Below are positions 62,793 to 64,000 of a stretch of DNA of 64,000 bases, piece after piece; the first letter of the stretch is position 1, and each line of letters begins with the position of its first letter. The stretch is from Macrostomum hystrix (Eukaryota; Animalia; Platyhelminthes). The stretch spans positions 62,001 through 126,000 of the forward strand of contig CATNEN010000009.1 in assembly GCA_950097015.1 (NCBI GenBank), read 5' to 3'. The notes under the pieces were generated by a model that saw only the letters and a list, made by a program, of their open reading frames with translations, did not search any database and had not been told where the DNA came from. The position numbers and the translations under genes are program-made.

Positions 62793-64000
62793 TTCTACGA
62801 GATAGAAAAGCTAGTACTTTCAATAATAACTCTTGACTCTTCCTGTTTATCAATATAAGCTTGTATTTAAACACGATTCGCCAGCCCCAAAATTTCTAAC
62901 CTCTCAAACCTCCACCTCCTAACCCAGGCTAGCTATATGCAGTCCTTGGTTTTCTATCCCCACCACCTGTGCGCCTAAATTATCGATCCACTCACCCTGC
63001 CTTATACGAAACCGATATCAACCCCATTTCAGACTACACCCTTCCTCCACTTTAAAAGATAAGCAGCATTGTACACTGCCGCGTCTTAATGTACACCATT
63101 ACTGCCCAAAACAAGTTAGTTGTCGATGACGATCTTATAGCAAACGATGTCTTGAAAACAGTCGCTCGATTTGTCTAACTTAGCAAATAATACTGTTGCT
63201 TACTTTCATTGCTACTAAGCAGAAAGTAGAATAAAAAACTTGCCCAGAAAGTTAGCCTGAGTGGCCTATCTAGTGTTTATAGTTTCTGTGGTGGGAATTT
63301 TCAACTTTCAATCTAGCTTGCAGTTGAATTTTGTTTTATGGATGACAATCGGGATTTTCAAAAGCAGCTTTATGTATATATGCACATAATATTGATTTTT
63401 TCTAACAGTTATTGGTATTTAAAATTTTGACTGATTTAATTGAGTTCCTTACATTATAAATCAGAAAATTATTTGCTAGGGTTTTCATCTGATAAAAATA
63501 AGAATTTTGCTGAATCAAGTTTTTTAATTATGGCTAGGCTAACAGATAAAAAGGTGTATATGGACCAAATAAAAAACAAGAAAATATTTTGTCCCCCAGA
63601 AGCCAATGTTAAAGTATTTTGTGCTATGCTATTAAAGTTACTCTAGTGCTAGGGCAGTGCATCAAGTGGAGCTTCCAGCCTCCAGTAGTGCCTCATTTTG
63701 GAGGTGCACACAAGGTGAGCCCTAACATGTGATTCTGGGCAATGCAGATATCAACAACAAGGAGCCACAGTCCACAGTCACCAAAGCTGGGTGCTGCTCA
63801 ATATGCAACTAATCACCTATCAAAAGGCTATTAATCCAAGAGACAAAGAGCCACTCACACCAAACAACTTTCTGCATGGACAGTGTCAATGCCAATTTGT
63901 GCTGATTGGCGAGAATCTGACATTGCTGATATTGAGCTAGATCATTAAAGTGAGACCTTGGGCATGCAGAACAATGTTTACCCAAATCTGTGAATGAATT

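Larger units (their letters stand above)
53148..63290 (-). mobile_element. P-element-superfamily transposon (10.1 kb including nested insertions)
   Basis: 79-bp TIRs (53148-53226, 63212-63290, starting CACAGA.ACTATAAACACTAG, ~3 mismatches); 8-bp TSD GTGGGAAT at 53140-53147 and 63291-63298; THAP transposase inside. Confidence 0.93.

Overview
Eukaryotic (animal, probably invertebrate) genomic DNA: GC-rich exons, AT-rich GT-AG introns and a heavy load of transposons and minisatellites. A flatworm such as Macrostomum is only an inference from style. Host genes reconstructed by hand from splice sites: a clockwork-orange-like bHLH-Orange factor (+, 9373-11736), a fibrillar collagen (-, 24065-18307) head-to-head with a divergent V-ATPase V0 subunit a (+, 25230-29939), a probable LamG-like secreted protein (-) whose intron holds a 9-kb satellite-filled element, a tyrosylprotein sulfotransferase (-, 46530-42237) and an ENPP-family probable pseudo-enzyme with a His/Met-rich N-terminal repeat (-, 52661-48560). 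Mobile DNA: decayed piggyBac and IS630/Tc1 transposases, a LOA-like LINE with a ~1-kb internal inversion, a hAT MITE, a Buster-type hAT, a non-autonomous CACTA-like TIR element, and a 10.1-kb three-level nest (P element > CACTA/EnSpm element > 5'-truncated LINE). The most striking observation is an intact, intronless ORF (58505-59113) encoding a CtIP/Sae2 C-terminal-like module (EERR...CxxC...RHR) between the CACTA transposase and a putative CACTA accessory ORF. This suggests a transposon carrying its own DNA-end/hairpin-processing cofactor. All homology calls are by-eye motif recognition; no database search was run.
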